DNA of 32,000 bases from an uncultured archaeon (GTDB taxonomy: Archaea > Iainarchaeota > Iainarchaeia > Iainarchaeales > Iainarchaeaceae), in the NCBI GenBank assembly GCA_964577555.1, contig CAZNZM010000004.1:23200-55199 (forward strand). Reading direction: 5' to 3'. Each line of letters begins with the position of its first letter. The stretch's first letter is position 1. Shown here piece after piece: positions 11,771-20,830 of the stretch. A program made the translations under genes and the position numbers. The notes under the pieces were generated by a model. The model did no database searches, had not been told where the DNA came from, and saw nothing but the letters and a program-made list of their open reading frames with translations.

Positions 11771-12311
11771 GAGCCCCACCAACCACACTCTTATCAAACT
11801 TATAACCCGCACGCTCCATAACAGTTTCAATATTATTTATCCTCTTTCCCAACATGCCAACCATTTCAACAAGATTAAGATAAACATTCTTCACACGATA
11901 AGAAGAAACCGCACCATACATCTTCTCAATATCCGCAATCTTAACCATAATCTCCTTAGAACCGTCAGAAATGCCCGCCAAACCATCAGAATCATTCTCC
12001 ATAGAAATAAGACTACGCTCAATATCATCCAACCTTGTTTTGACAAGATCAAGCTTTGCATTAAAAATAACAAAACGCTCATTCAACCTCTCAACCTTTT
12101 CAATACCTTTTTTAGAAAGAGCCTCAGGATTAGCCTTTTCCAACATTTTAATAATCCGCTCAATTTTCATATAAATAAGATTTATTTGTGTGTCAAGAAA
12201 CCTCAACGCTTCAAGAGTCTCCAAATTAGCATCCTTCAAAACAACAAATTGATCAGTATTAACGTCATACGTCTTCCCAAACTGCTTCTGTTCAAAAACC
12301 TCTCGGGACAT
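11760..12311 (-). CDS. Soluble coiled-coil protein of unknown function
   Basis: Heptad-like Leu/Ile/Glu/Lys pattern; 11-nt overlap with the secretion ATPase start. Confidence 0.6.
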   Translation of the reverse strand: MSREVFEQKQFGKTYDVNTDQFVVLKDANLETLEALRFLDTQINLIYMKIERIIKMLEKANPEALSKKGIEKVERLNERFVIFNAKLDLVKTRLDDIERSLISMENDSDGLAGISDGSKEIMVKIADIEKMYGAVSSYRVKNVYLNLVEMVGMLGKRINNIETVMERAGYKFDKSVVGGAHEV

Positions 12312-12320
12312 AAAACCAAA

Positions 12321-12989
12321 TCAGCCCCCGAAAATTTTCTTGAGAGAACCAAAAAAATTATCAAAAAAACCAACTTTAACCTCTTCAGGCTTCTTAGGCT
12401 GAACCTGCTCCTTAGACTCCTCTTGGCTTGAAACAACCTTTTGATCCTGCCCAGAAGTAACCTGAATAGCCAATTGCTCCTCAATATACTTTATCCTCTT
12501 CTCAAGAGTCTCCATCACATTAATAAGAGCCATAAAAGTATCCTTGGTCTCGGAAACAGAAAGACCCTGATAAAGCTCTTCAAGAGAAACAACCTTGTTA
12601 TAAAGACTGTCAAATTGATTCTTGCTTATCTTGGTCTGCAAAATCTCCTTAAGCTCGTCATCCCTTTCCTTCAATTCATTAGTCTTCTGAAGAAAAATAT
12701 TCAACTTTGATTCGGCAGAAGCAAGATTCTGCTCCAAATTATTAAGTTTTTGAATAACATCAGTAGCCTCAGTCAAAGGAACCCCAACAGAAACAGTATT
12801 CTCAAGCTGATCAATCTTAGAACTCAACTCCCCAATACTCGCAAGCAAATAATTCTGCTTCTCTTTCAACTTTGGATCCTTGACATTCGCCGGAAAAATA
12901 GAATTCATTGTTGAAGCAACCTGATTCACAGAATCTTTAAGTTCTTGAGTTTCATTAGCCACAAAAACCACACCCAAAAAACATACCAA
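12321..12989 (-). CDS. Exported or membrane-tethered coiled-coil protein
   Basis: Short hydrophobic N terminus VCFLGVVFVA then long coiled coil, C terminus VGFFDNFFGSLKKIFGG. Start codon is TTG and uncertain. TTTATATG on the minus strand lies about 24 nt upstream. Confidence 0.6.
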   Translation of the reverse strand: MVCFLGVVFVANETQELKDSVNQVASTMNSIFPANVKDPKLKEKQNYLLASIGELSSKIDQLENTVSVGVPLTEATDVIQKLNNLEQNLASAESKLNIFLQKTNELKERDDELKEILQTKISKNQFDSLYNKVVSLEELYQGLSVSETKDTFMALINVMETLEKRIKYIEEQLAIQVTSGQDQKVVSSQEESKEQVQPKKPEEVKVGFFDNFFGSLKKIFGG

Positions 12990-13183
12990 AAAAATAAAAG
13001 AACAATCACATATAAATGGATTACTATAAAACCAATTCTACACAAAATATCGGATTTAGTAATAATTCAAAGCCAACTATTCAGCACAAACCCCAAACAA
13101 CAAATAAATTAATATTTCAACCTATTTTTACAAAAAAAACACTAGTGAACATTAAAATAGTAGTATGAATTTTATAAATAAAG

Positions 13184-15241
13184 ATGATTCAAGTTAACAG
13201 CAAAGGAAACGCAATAGCAATAGTGCTTGCAGCAGTAGTAATCACGACAATAGTTGTAGTAACATTACAAAACACTCCTCCAATAAATATAAACAATCAA
13301 CAAAACTCAACAGAAAAACTAATGAGCGAATTTGAAAATTCAATAGAAAAAGGCTTCAAAAATTCAACATACAAAATAATGAAAAACGGATTCTCCACAG
13401 ACGACCCAATATGGTTTTACAACAAACCAACCATGCCAAGCTTAAAAGAATTTGACAAAAACTTCACAGACTTAACCAAAAAAGAAATAGAAGAACTGCT
13501 AAAAGAACTCAAAAACAAGACAGGATACGAATACGACCCAGCAAGCCTAAAAGTAGAACTAAAAACCAACATTGACAAAACAAAAAAACCAATTGAACAA
13601 ATAAAAGCCCTGCCAGAAGACAAACCATTGGATTTGGAAATAAACGTGCTGGCAACAGTAAAAGAAGGAGACCAAGAAAAACAAATACAATACACCAAAA
13701 CAAAAAAAATCCCAGCAAATACTATAAAAACATACAAAAAACTTGCAGAATGGATGGAAACAGACATGAAACACTTTGAAATAGAAACGGCAAGCGCAAT
13801 GGACGAAGCAGGATACTGCCAAGTAGCACTATGCGATTGCACAAGCGACCCAGAACCAAGAGATGAAGAAGGCAATTTGTTGAAAATGATAGACGAGAAA
13901 TTCATCAAAGGAAATTACAACACAGAAAACATAAAACCAAAATACGAAAAAATGCTGCAAACAAAAATAGACAAATTAAACCAAAAACTTACAGGGACAG
14001 GCATAACTTGTACATATGAAATAGAAAAATGGGAAACAAGCACAGACGAATACAGAGAACAACAATGCGTGGAACCAAAATCCGATGAATCATTGCAAAG
14101 GCACTGCAAAGAACCAGGCGGAAGATGGCAAAACATAAGAATAAGCGAAACACTTGACAAAATAACAGTAGAAGAACTATACAATAATGAAACAACCAAA
14201 AGAGAACCTAATCAAAACCCACAACAAAAAGACTATGACACAAAATACATTTACTATGAATGGCAAGAAATGAAAGAAAAAGACACTGTGCCAAAAAGAG
14301 AAAAAACAATGGAAAGCAACAACATAATAGGAGAAAAAAGAGAAACAAACCCAAAAATAGAACTAAAAGACTGCGGAAAAGAAAAAAAACATAAAGACGA
14401 ACTAGTTGCACTAAACCCAAAACTATACGCAAAAGTAGCAATCAAATGCAACGAACCGCAAGAATTGATAGGAACAAGCAAAAAAGAAGAAACAGCAACA
14501 ACAATAATAAAAATTGTCACAGCACTTGAAAAAACCTGCCAACCAAAACCGCTTAAACCAAACCCGCCTCTCTCGGCAGAACCAACAAAATGCCTCGGAG
14601 CAAATTCAGCACCAATAATTGAATGCGAAGAAGACATTGACTGCATACCAGAAGAACTAAGAGATCCAAAAATTACAGGAAGCTCAAAAGGAGGAATCTG
14701 CACAAAATTCTGGTGCGAAAAAGACGCACAAAAAATACAAGAAATCATGGAAAGAAACAACAACCTAACCAAAGAACAATACAATAATATAATAAAAAAC
14801 AATAAAGGAGTTTGCAAACAAGAATACGTTGGAATTGATTTAAAACAATGCCCGGGGATAAACAAATGCAACAAAGCAACATGCTCATACATAGATGAAA
14901 GTGGAAACCTTTATCCAAACGGAAGATGCAAATTAGAACCTGTTTTATGCCAAGGAAACAGCACATCAATAAACACATGCGGAGCACCATTAAAATGCGA
15001 CGAAAGCAAAGGATGCATACCCGACACATCAAACACAAACTCATACCTTAATTGCACTGAAAACAAAGAATTATACAAAGGCAGCTGCATAACACCTTCA
15101 TGCGTATGCGACACAAAAGAATGTACAAGATACAAATGCATATCAACCGCAAAAAACGATTTATGCCCTCCAACTAATGAAGGCATATCACAATACTGCA
15201 ACCCAATAAACGGGCTTTGCGAAAGAACAATATACTCATGA
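13184..15241 (+). CDS. Large signal-anchored, Cys-rich secreted protein
   Basis: MIQVNSKGNAIAIVLAAVVITTIVVVTLQNTP N-terminal anchor; C-terminal third dense in Cys (CVCDTKECTRYKC, CPGINKCNKATC). Confidence 0.75.
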   Translation: MIQVNSKGNAIAIVLAAVVITTIVVVTLQNTPPININNQQNSTEKLMSEFENSIEKGFKNSTYKIMKNGFSTDDPIWFYNKPTMPSLKEFDKNFTDLTKKEIEELLKELKNKTGYEYDPASLKVELKTNIDKTKKPIEQIKALPEDKPLDLEINVLATVKEGDQEKQIQYTKTKKIPANTIKTYKKLAEWMETDMKHFEIETASAMDEAGYCQVALCDCTSDPEPRDEEGNLLKMIDEKFIKGNYNTENIKPKYEKMLQTKIDKLNQKLTGTGITCTYEIEKWETSTDEYREQQCVEPKSDESLQRHCKEPGGRWQNIRISETLDKITVEELYNNETTKREPNQNPQQKDYDTKYIYYEWQEMKEKDTVPKREKTMESNNIIGEKRETNPKIELKDCGKEKKHKDELVALNPKLYAKVAIKCNEPQELIGTSKKEETATTIIKIVTALEKTCQPKPLKPNPPLSAEPTKCLGANSAPIIECEEDIDCIPEELRDPKITGSSKGGICTKFWCEKDAQKIQEIMERNNNLTKEQYNNIIKNNKGVCKQEYVGIDLKQCPGINKCNKATCSYIDESGNLYPNGRCKLEPVLCQGNSTSINTCGAPLKCDESKGCIPDTSNTNSYLNCTENKELYKGSCITPSCVCDTKECTRYKCISTAKNDLCPPTNEGISQYCNPINGLCERTIYS

Positions 15242-15265
15242 TTGCCCAAAAACTGCAAAAAAAAA

Positions 15266-17479
15266 CTACTTTTGCTTTTCGCCAACTTTAACCGCATTAG
15301 ATTTACTTTTTGAAACAACTTCGCTCTTTGATTTTCTGGAAACCTTTTTTCTAACAGACACAGGTTTGTTCACAACCGAATCAACATACTTTTCTGAAGA
15401 ATTATAATCCGAAACAGAAACTTGCAAAGCGCTTTTTGCTTTTTCAGCCTCGACAATTTTAGCCTTCCAATCGGCTTTAGTAACACAATTAGGGTCAAGG
15501 CACATTTCAAAACGCCTCCTAGCCAAAGAAACAGCAACCTTAGGAGAACCACACTTATCACAATTCACATTAAGAGCACTTAACTTGCCTTTTTGAGGCA
15601 ACGGAAAAGCATTAACACATCGAGGATAATTAGAACAACCCACAAAACGCTTTTTTTTCTTGCTCATCAAAACCCTCAAATCGCCGCCACATTTTTGACA
15701 TTTCCCAACAACCGAATCTGCAGCAAAACCTGAAAGTATACCTGCCCTTATACTATCCTTATTCTCAAGCATCCTGTCAAGAATCACATGCAAAAACTTC
15801 CTGGACTCGTCAACAACTTCCTTTTTTGTCCTTTTACCAGCAGCAATTTTATCCATTTCAACTTCAAGCTTCGCAGTCATGTCAGGCTTGACAGCATCAA
15901 CATTATTCTTTTCAAGAGAATCAATAACCGCAAAAGCAACCTTGCTGGGTTCAATAGATTTGGAACCAAAAATATAACGCCGAGAATAAAGTTTTTGAAT
16001 AATAGTATGGCGAGTACTTTTAGTGCCAAGCCCAAGCTCCTCCATGAGCTTTATCAAAGTAGATTGACTATACCTTGCAGGCGGCTGAGTTTCCTTTTCA
16101 ACCAAATCCAAAGAAACCAAATTTACAACATCACCTACTGACAAACGAGGCAAAATAACTTCAGTAAGTTGAGAATAAGGATAATAAGCCTTCCAACCAG
16201 ACACAACAATCTTTTGCCCATTAGCAACAAACGGCTGTCCGGCAACATCAATATCAACAGAAACATTTTCAGTCAAAGCATCATCAGCAACAGTAGCCAT
16301 GAACCTCCTAACAATCAACTCATAAATTTTCCACTGCCTATCACTCAAACTTTCCTTTGGAGCAGCTTGAACAGGATGAATAGGCGGATGATCCTTTGTC
16401 TCCTTGCTACCCCTTGAAGCCACAATATTGCCTTTTGAAAGAATAGACTCTGCATCCTTCTTAAAATCAGGAACCTTAGAAATCTCCTTCAACACACCAA
16501 CCAAGTCAAGAGATGAAGGATAAACAGTATTATCAGTACGAGGATAAGAAGTATAACCTTGCTGATAAAGAAACTCAGCGATCTCCATGGCTTGATTTGC
16601 AGAAAAACCAATAGAAGTGGCTTGCCTGAGAAAATCGGTAGTATTAAAAGGAGTAGGCTTCTTCACAACCCTGCTTGAAGACTTTAAATTCACCACCTTG
16701 CCAAAATCAGGTTTGCCATTAAACAAAGACTCCGCCTCAGCCTTAACCCAAAATTTGCCTTTTTTGTGTTCTGCAACAAACTGCTTAGAATCCTTTTCAA
16801 AAACAGCATGATACTCCCAATACTTTTTCTTATCAAACGCAAGACGCTCCTTCTCCCTATTCACAATAATTGCAAGCACCGGAGTCTGAACCCTTCCAAC
16901 ACTCAAAAAATTCTTGCCAAGCTTGCCCGCAACCAAAGACAAAAACCTTGTCAAAACAGCACCCCAAATCAAATCAATCTCGCGCCTTGAATCAGCAGAA
17001 TCAGCATAATTAAAATTCACATCTGAAAGATTTGAAAAAGCATAAGACAAATCCTTTTTAGTAATCGCAGAAAAGTAAGCCCTTTTCACAACTATGTTTG
17101 GGTTTGAACTCTTAATATAATTCAAAGCCTCTACACCAATACTTTCACCCTCACGATCAGCATCAGTAGCAATAATAACCTCGCTAGCTAATTTACCAGC
17201 TTCCTTCAAAGCATCAATAATGGCTTTCTCCTTTCCAAAATACTCGACTTCAGCATCAACAAGAGTCTTAAGATCAGTGCCAATCCAATAATTATATTTC
17301 TTTGGAAAATCAACATCAACAATATGCCCCCGCAAAGGAATAACCATGCAATCAACACCACCCCAAACAAACCTGAAAACCTGAGCAGAACCAAGCTGAC
17401 TAACACTGACTTTTTTACCAGCAAGTATAGAAGCAATATTGCTCCCAGCAATAGACTTTTCCGCAACTATCAACTTCAT
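15266..17479 (-). CDS. topA: DNA topoisomerase IA
   Basis: MKLIVAEKSIAGSNIASIL, ATDADREGESIG Toprim motif, FLSVGRVQTPVLAIIV, catalytic region GYTSYPRTDN, C-terminal CX2C zinc fingers (CQKCGG...CSNYPRC; CDKCG...C). Confidence 0.96.
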   Translation of the reverse strand: MKLIVAEKSIAGSNIASILAGKKVSVSQLGSAQVFRFVWGGVDCMVIPLRGHIVDVDFPKKYNYWIGTDLKTLVDAEVEYFGKEKAIIDALKEAGKLASEVIIATDADREGESIGVEALNYIKSSNPNIVVKRAYFSAITKKDLSYAFSNLSDVNFNYADSADSRREIDLIWGAVLTRFLSLVAGKLGKNFLSVGRVQTPVLAIIVNREKERLAFDKKKYWEYHAVFEKDSKQFVAEHKKGKFWVKAEAESLFNGKPDFGKVVNLKSSSRVVKKPTPFNTTDFLRQATSIGFSANQAMEIAEFLYQQGYTSYPRTDNTVYPSSLDLVGVLKEISKVPDFKKDAESILSKGNIVASRGSKETKDHPPIHPVQAAPKESLSDRQWKIYELIVRRFMATVADDALTENVSVDIDVAGQPFVANGQKIVVSGWKAYYPYSQLTEVILPRLSVGDVVNLVSLDLVEKETQPPARYSQSTLIKLMEELGLGTKSTRHTIIQKLYSRRYIFGSKSIEPSKVAFAVIDSLEKNNVDAVKPDMTAKLEVEMDKIAAGKRTKKEVVDESRKFLHVILDRMLENKDSIRAGILSGFAADSVVGKCQKCGGDLRVLMSKKKKRFVGCSNYPRCVNAFPLPQKGKLSALNVNCDKCGSPKVAVSLARRRFEMCLDPNCVTKADWKAKIVEAEKAKSALQVSVSDYNSSEKYVDSVVNKPVSVRKKVSRKSKSEVVSKSKSNAVKVGEKQK

Positions 17480-17484
17480 AAAAA

Positions 17485-17973
17485 CTACAACTTTTTTTGC
17501 TGAAGAAAAGAAGGAAGCTGCCTAGAACGCTTAACCTCAGAAATAACCACTAAAGTTTTTATGTCAAGAACACCATCCATATTGCCAAGCATCTCAACAA
17601 ACTTTTCGGCAGAATCAAGGTCAGGCACAACAAGACGAGCAAGAATATTATACTCGCCAAGAACCTGATAAACCTCCATAACATAATCAAGCTCTTTAAG
17701 CCTCTTAATGACATCCTTGTTCTTAGAAAGCTCCGACCTAATCTGAACAAAAATAGGGTTTTCAAAACCAAGAATCTTCAAATTCAAATCAACAGTTATA
17801 ACATTAATAATTCCCCTGCGCTTCAACCTTTCAACCCTCTTCTTTATTGCAACATCAGTAAGATTAACCTCCTTTGCAATAACGCTAAAAGAAGCCCTGC
17901 CATCCTCAAGCAACATACTCAAAATCTTATGATCAATCTTGTCAAGAGTCTCCAAAAAAAAGCACCCAATCAA
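17485..17973 (-). CDS. Lrp/AsnC family transcriptional regulator
   Basis: LDKIDHKILSMLLEDGRASFSVIAKEVNLTDVAIKKRVERLKRRGIINVITVDLNLKILGF is a classic Lrp HTH plus RAM-like domain. Start is TTG (17973 or 17955). Confidence 0.9.
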   Translation of the reverse strand: MIGCFFLETLDKIDHKILSMLLEDGRASFSVIAKEVNLTDVAIKKRVERLKRRGIINVITVDLNLKILGFENPIFVQIRSELSKNKDVIKRLKELDYVMEVYQVLGEYNILARLVVPDLDSAEKFVEMLGNMDGVLDIKTLVVISEVKRSRQLPSFLQQKKL

Positions 17974-18073
17974 TTATCCAAACACAAAACAAATATAAAG
18001 TTAATTTTTCAAATAAAAACAAAAAAAAATTAATTAAGAAAGAAATTAAGAAACAATAACGCTAATTTTATAC

Positions 18074-19621
18074 ATGGAAGAAAACAAACCAATAAAAGAA
18101 ACAATTCAGAGAATCGCCTTTGAATTAAGAGAAAGCGGAGCAACAGAATGGGAAGTTCTAAAAATAATAAAAGAACTTGAAAACATTACTACATCGGAAA
18201 CACAATACAGAAAACGCGCAGCAGAATTGCTTGAAAAACTCAACCCCGAAGCAGCCAGAACATTCAAATCATTCGAAAAAATGAAAGTATACACTTCGGC
18301 TGAAAAAAGAGAAGCATTTGACAGAGGCAACATAATAAAATCACTACTCAAAGAAACAAGCCTTAGCAGGCACATAGCGGAAAAAATAGGAGCTGAAGTA
18401 GAAGACAAAATAAAAGACATGAAAATAGAACAACTCAACACACAAATAATAAGAGAAATGGTAAGCACAAAACTCCTAGAATACGGACACGAAGTGGGGC
18501 ACAGAGAATACTCAAGAATAGGACTACCAGTCTTTGAAGTAAAGAAAAAACTTGAACAAGGGTTTTTTGAAAACAAAGAAATACTCAAAGAATTTAATTG
18601 GCTTTTCAAAATACCTCTAAAAACAAAACAACTTCACTTCGACTCAATAATAAACATACATTACCCAGAAGATTTTTCAACAAAAATTTTTGCAACAGCA
18701 AAACACCTCAAAGGAGAAAGAGAAGACATACTACTGGCAACCATAGAAGCGGACAAATACATCAGCACACCATTGACAATAACAGCAATAAACTACTCAA
18801 GAGCCGAAAACATAAAAACAGAAAAAAAAGCACAAGAAGAAGCACAAGCGCTAGAAAAAATATTCACGGCAACAGGCAAAAAACGAAACGCACAAATCGC
18901 ATTATTCACAGACTACGAATGGGAAAAATCCGGAACAAAAACCGGAGCAATGCTTCTGGCAAAAGCATTAATGGAAAAAACTGACTCAAAAGCACTTGAA
19001 ACTTCAATCGCAATAGATACAAAATACAAACTAAAACTACTGCCAAAAAGAAAAGAAAACATAAACATACTCAACTATTCAAAAGAAAAAACAACAAAAT
19101 TCGGAAAAATAACAATATGCGGAAACACAAACACAATACTGCAAACAACATCAATCAACACACCAAAAATAATCGAAATTTCAAGCAAAGAAGAATTCTG
19201 GAAAAAACTTGAAGAAATACTGCAAGAAATAAAAGAAATGTGCGAAACAAAAAGAAAAGAACTGGAAAAAAGAAACTACATAGACAAAAAAACATTAGAA
19301 CAAGCCGAAAACGTAATAGCACTTGCAGGACTAAACCAAACAGCAACACAAATAGAACAAAACCATGCAAAAACAATAGAACAAATAATAACAACAGTCC
19401 AAAAACACGGCTTCATAGCATGCTCATCCCCTCCAGAAGACAGTTTGCAACGCTTCGGCATCGAAGAAAAAGAAAACGAATTACAAAAAAAACTACTACA
19501 AATGACACAAAAAACCAGAAAAACATTCGGCCACACTTACATAGCAGAAAACACAAAAGAAGCTGAAACAATACTAAACGACTGCCCAAGCGTCACAATC
19601 CGAAAGACCGATACGGTTTAA
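18074..19621 (+). CDS. Diverged NrdD (class III anaerobic ribonucleotide reductase)-like protein with ATP-cone-like N terminus, apparently lacking catalytic elements
   Basis: FDRGNIIKSLLKETSLSRHIAEKIGAEVEDKIK...IIREMVSTKLLEYG (ATP-cone-like), YSRIGLPVFEVKKKLEQG, LHFDSIINIHYPEDF, TTSINTPKIIEISSKEEFWKKLEEIL, VIALAGLNQTATQIEQ, PPEDSLQRFGIEE. No RVxGY-type glycyl radical motif and no C-terminal four-Cys zinc site. Confidence 0.65.
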   Translation: MEENKPIKETIQRIAFELRESGATEWEVLKIIKELENITTSETQYRKRAAELLEKLNPEAARTFKSFEKMKVYTSAEKREAFDRGNIIKSLLKETSLSRHIAEKIGAEVEDKIKDMKIEQLNTQIIREMVSTKLLEYGHEVGHREYSRIGLPVFEVKKKLEQGFFENKEILKEFNWLFKIPLKTKQLHFDSIINIHYPEDFSTKIFATAKHLKGEREDILLATIEADKYISTPLTITAINYSRAENIKTEKKAQEEAQALEKIFTATGKKRNAQIALFTDYEWEKSGTKTGAMLLAKALMEKTDSKALETSIAIDTKYKLKLLPKRKENINILNYSKEKTTKFGKITICGNTNTILQTTSINTPKIIEISSKEEFWKKLEEILQEIKEMCETKRKELEKRNYIDKKTLEQAENVIALAGLNQTATQIEQNHAKTIEQIITTVQKHGFIACSSPPEDSLQRFGIEEKENELQKKLLQMTQKTRKTFGHTYIAENTKEAETILNDCPSVTIRKTDTV

Positions 19622-20348
19622 TAATCTCGAACTTGGACATATACAATTCAGTCTTAAGAGATTCAAAAAACGGAACAACAACAACCAAAGCAACAACAAG
19701 AGAAACAAAACCACCAACGCCAAAAGCCAAGTCAATCAAAAACTCCAACAACTGCAACAAAGTGACAGCCAAAAAACCTGAAACAAAAGCAATAACAAAT
19801 GCAAAAGGGTTTTTTAGCATAAATTCAAAAGACGACAAAACCGAGGACAACAAACCTTCCTCATCAACCACTATAGCCTGCCCAAGAAAAAGAAAAGGCA
19901 AAGAAACAAAAAAAAGCAACAAATTAACAACCAAAGGCGAAACCCCAAAATCAATAAGAAGAGAAGAAACCACCGCAGCCAAAACAACAAAAATCGCCAA
20001 AAATTGAAAATACTTCAACCCGAATTTCGACACCTTCTCGCTCAAATAATAATGCAACTTAACCTTGTTAAAATCAGCCCTAACAGCAAAAATCATCAAA
20101 CAAACCAAAACAGAATAAAAAAACAAAAACACCAAAGCCAACAAAAGCAAAAAAACAGCATCAACCAACGGTTTTTTCAAAAAACCATAATCAATCATGA
20201 CAGTTCCTGAAGAAACAACCACGTTTGAAAGCCAAGAAAACGGCAATACAAAAAAAAGCAAAAGACTGAAAGAGGCCGCAGTAGTAATATTATTCTTATA
20301 ATCCTCTAACGCTTCAAGAAAAACCATAAAAACCACAAAAAAAATCAT
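19593..20348 (-). CDS. Multi-pass membrane protein, unknown function
   Basis: At least five or six hydrophobic segments; convergent 29-nt overlap with the preceding + gene. Confidence 0.7.
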   Translation of the reverse strand: MIFFVVFMVFLEALEDYKNNITTAASFSLLLFFVLPFSWLSNVVVSSGTVMIDYGFLKKPLVDAVFLLLLALVFLFFYSVLVCLMIFAVRADFNKVKLHYYLSEKVSKFGLKYFQFLAIFVVLAAVVSSLLIDFGVSPLVVNLLLFFVSLPFLFLGQAIVVDEEGLLSSVLSSFEFMLKNPFAFVIAFVSGFLAVTLLQLLEFLIDLAFGVGGFVSLVVALVVVVPFFESLKTELYMSKFEIIKPYRSFGL

Positions 20349-20830
20349 TCAAAGCTATTAAAAATGTTACAATAAAACAAACAACCGGCAAAAACCACAA
20401 AAAAAACAAGCACCCAAAAAACTAAAACACAAAAAAATAGCCAAAACAAAACCACAAAAAAAATAATTTGCCAAAAAACATAATGGCAAAAAAAAACAAA
20501 TTCACAAAAAATAACAAAAAATCGTCCCGCAAAAAAGAATCCAAAAAAAATTGGTTTGCAAAAAACAAAATTTCAAACAAAAAATGCCGAGTAAAAAATA
20601 ATTCAAAATAAATAAAAAAACAAAATTAATTTAAAATAAATAATTAAAAAAAATAAAAAAATGTCTAAAAAACAAATTACCTAAAAACACAAATAACAAA
20701 AAAGTTTCACACAAAAAACACACTTAAAATACTTGGCTTGCAAAAAAAAACAAAATTAGAAAACAACTCAAACAAGCAAAAAAAATGCTGAAATTTTAAT
20801 TGGCTCGCTGAATCGCAAAACCAAATAAAA

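Noticed and set aside
13417-15318. Minus-strand ORFs such as 13417..13908, 14254..14892 and 14911..15318
   Set aside because: They are shadow ORFs opposite the 685-aa gene, Phe/Cys/Leu/Val/Ser-rich, caused by stop-codon scarcity on the T/G-rich strand.
18106-19566. ORFs on the opposite strand or alternate frame over the NrdD-like gene (18106..18609 -, 18598..18984 +, 19240..19566 +)
   Set aside because: Only the 18074..19621 frame shows family-like motifs; the others are compositional artefacts. The 18598 and 19240 frames carry no glycyl radical motif that would suggest a frameshifted NrdD tail.
20349-20830. CRISPR array or tRNA in the long A-rich spacer
   Set aside because: No regularly spaced identical repeats, no cas genes and no GC-rich cloverleaf arms were seen.
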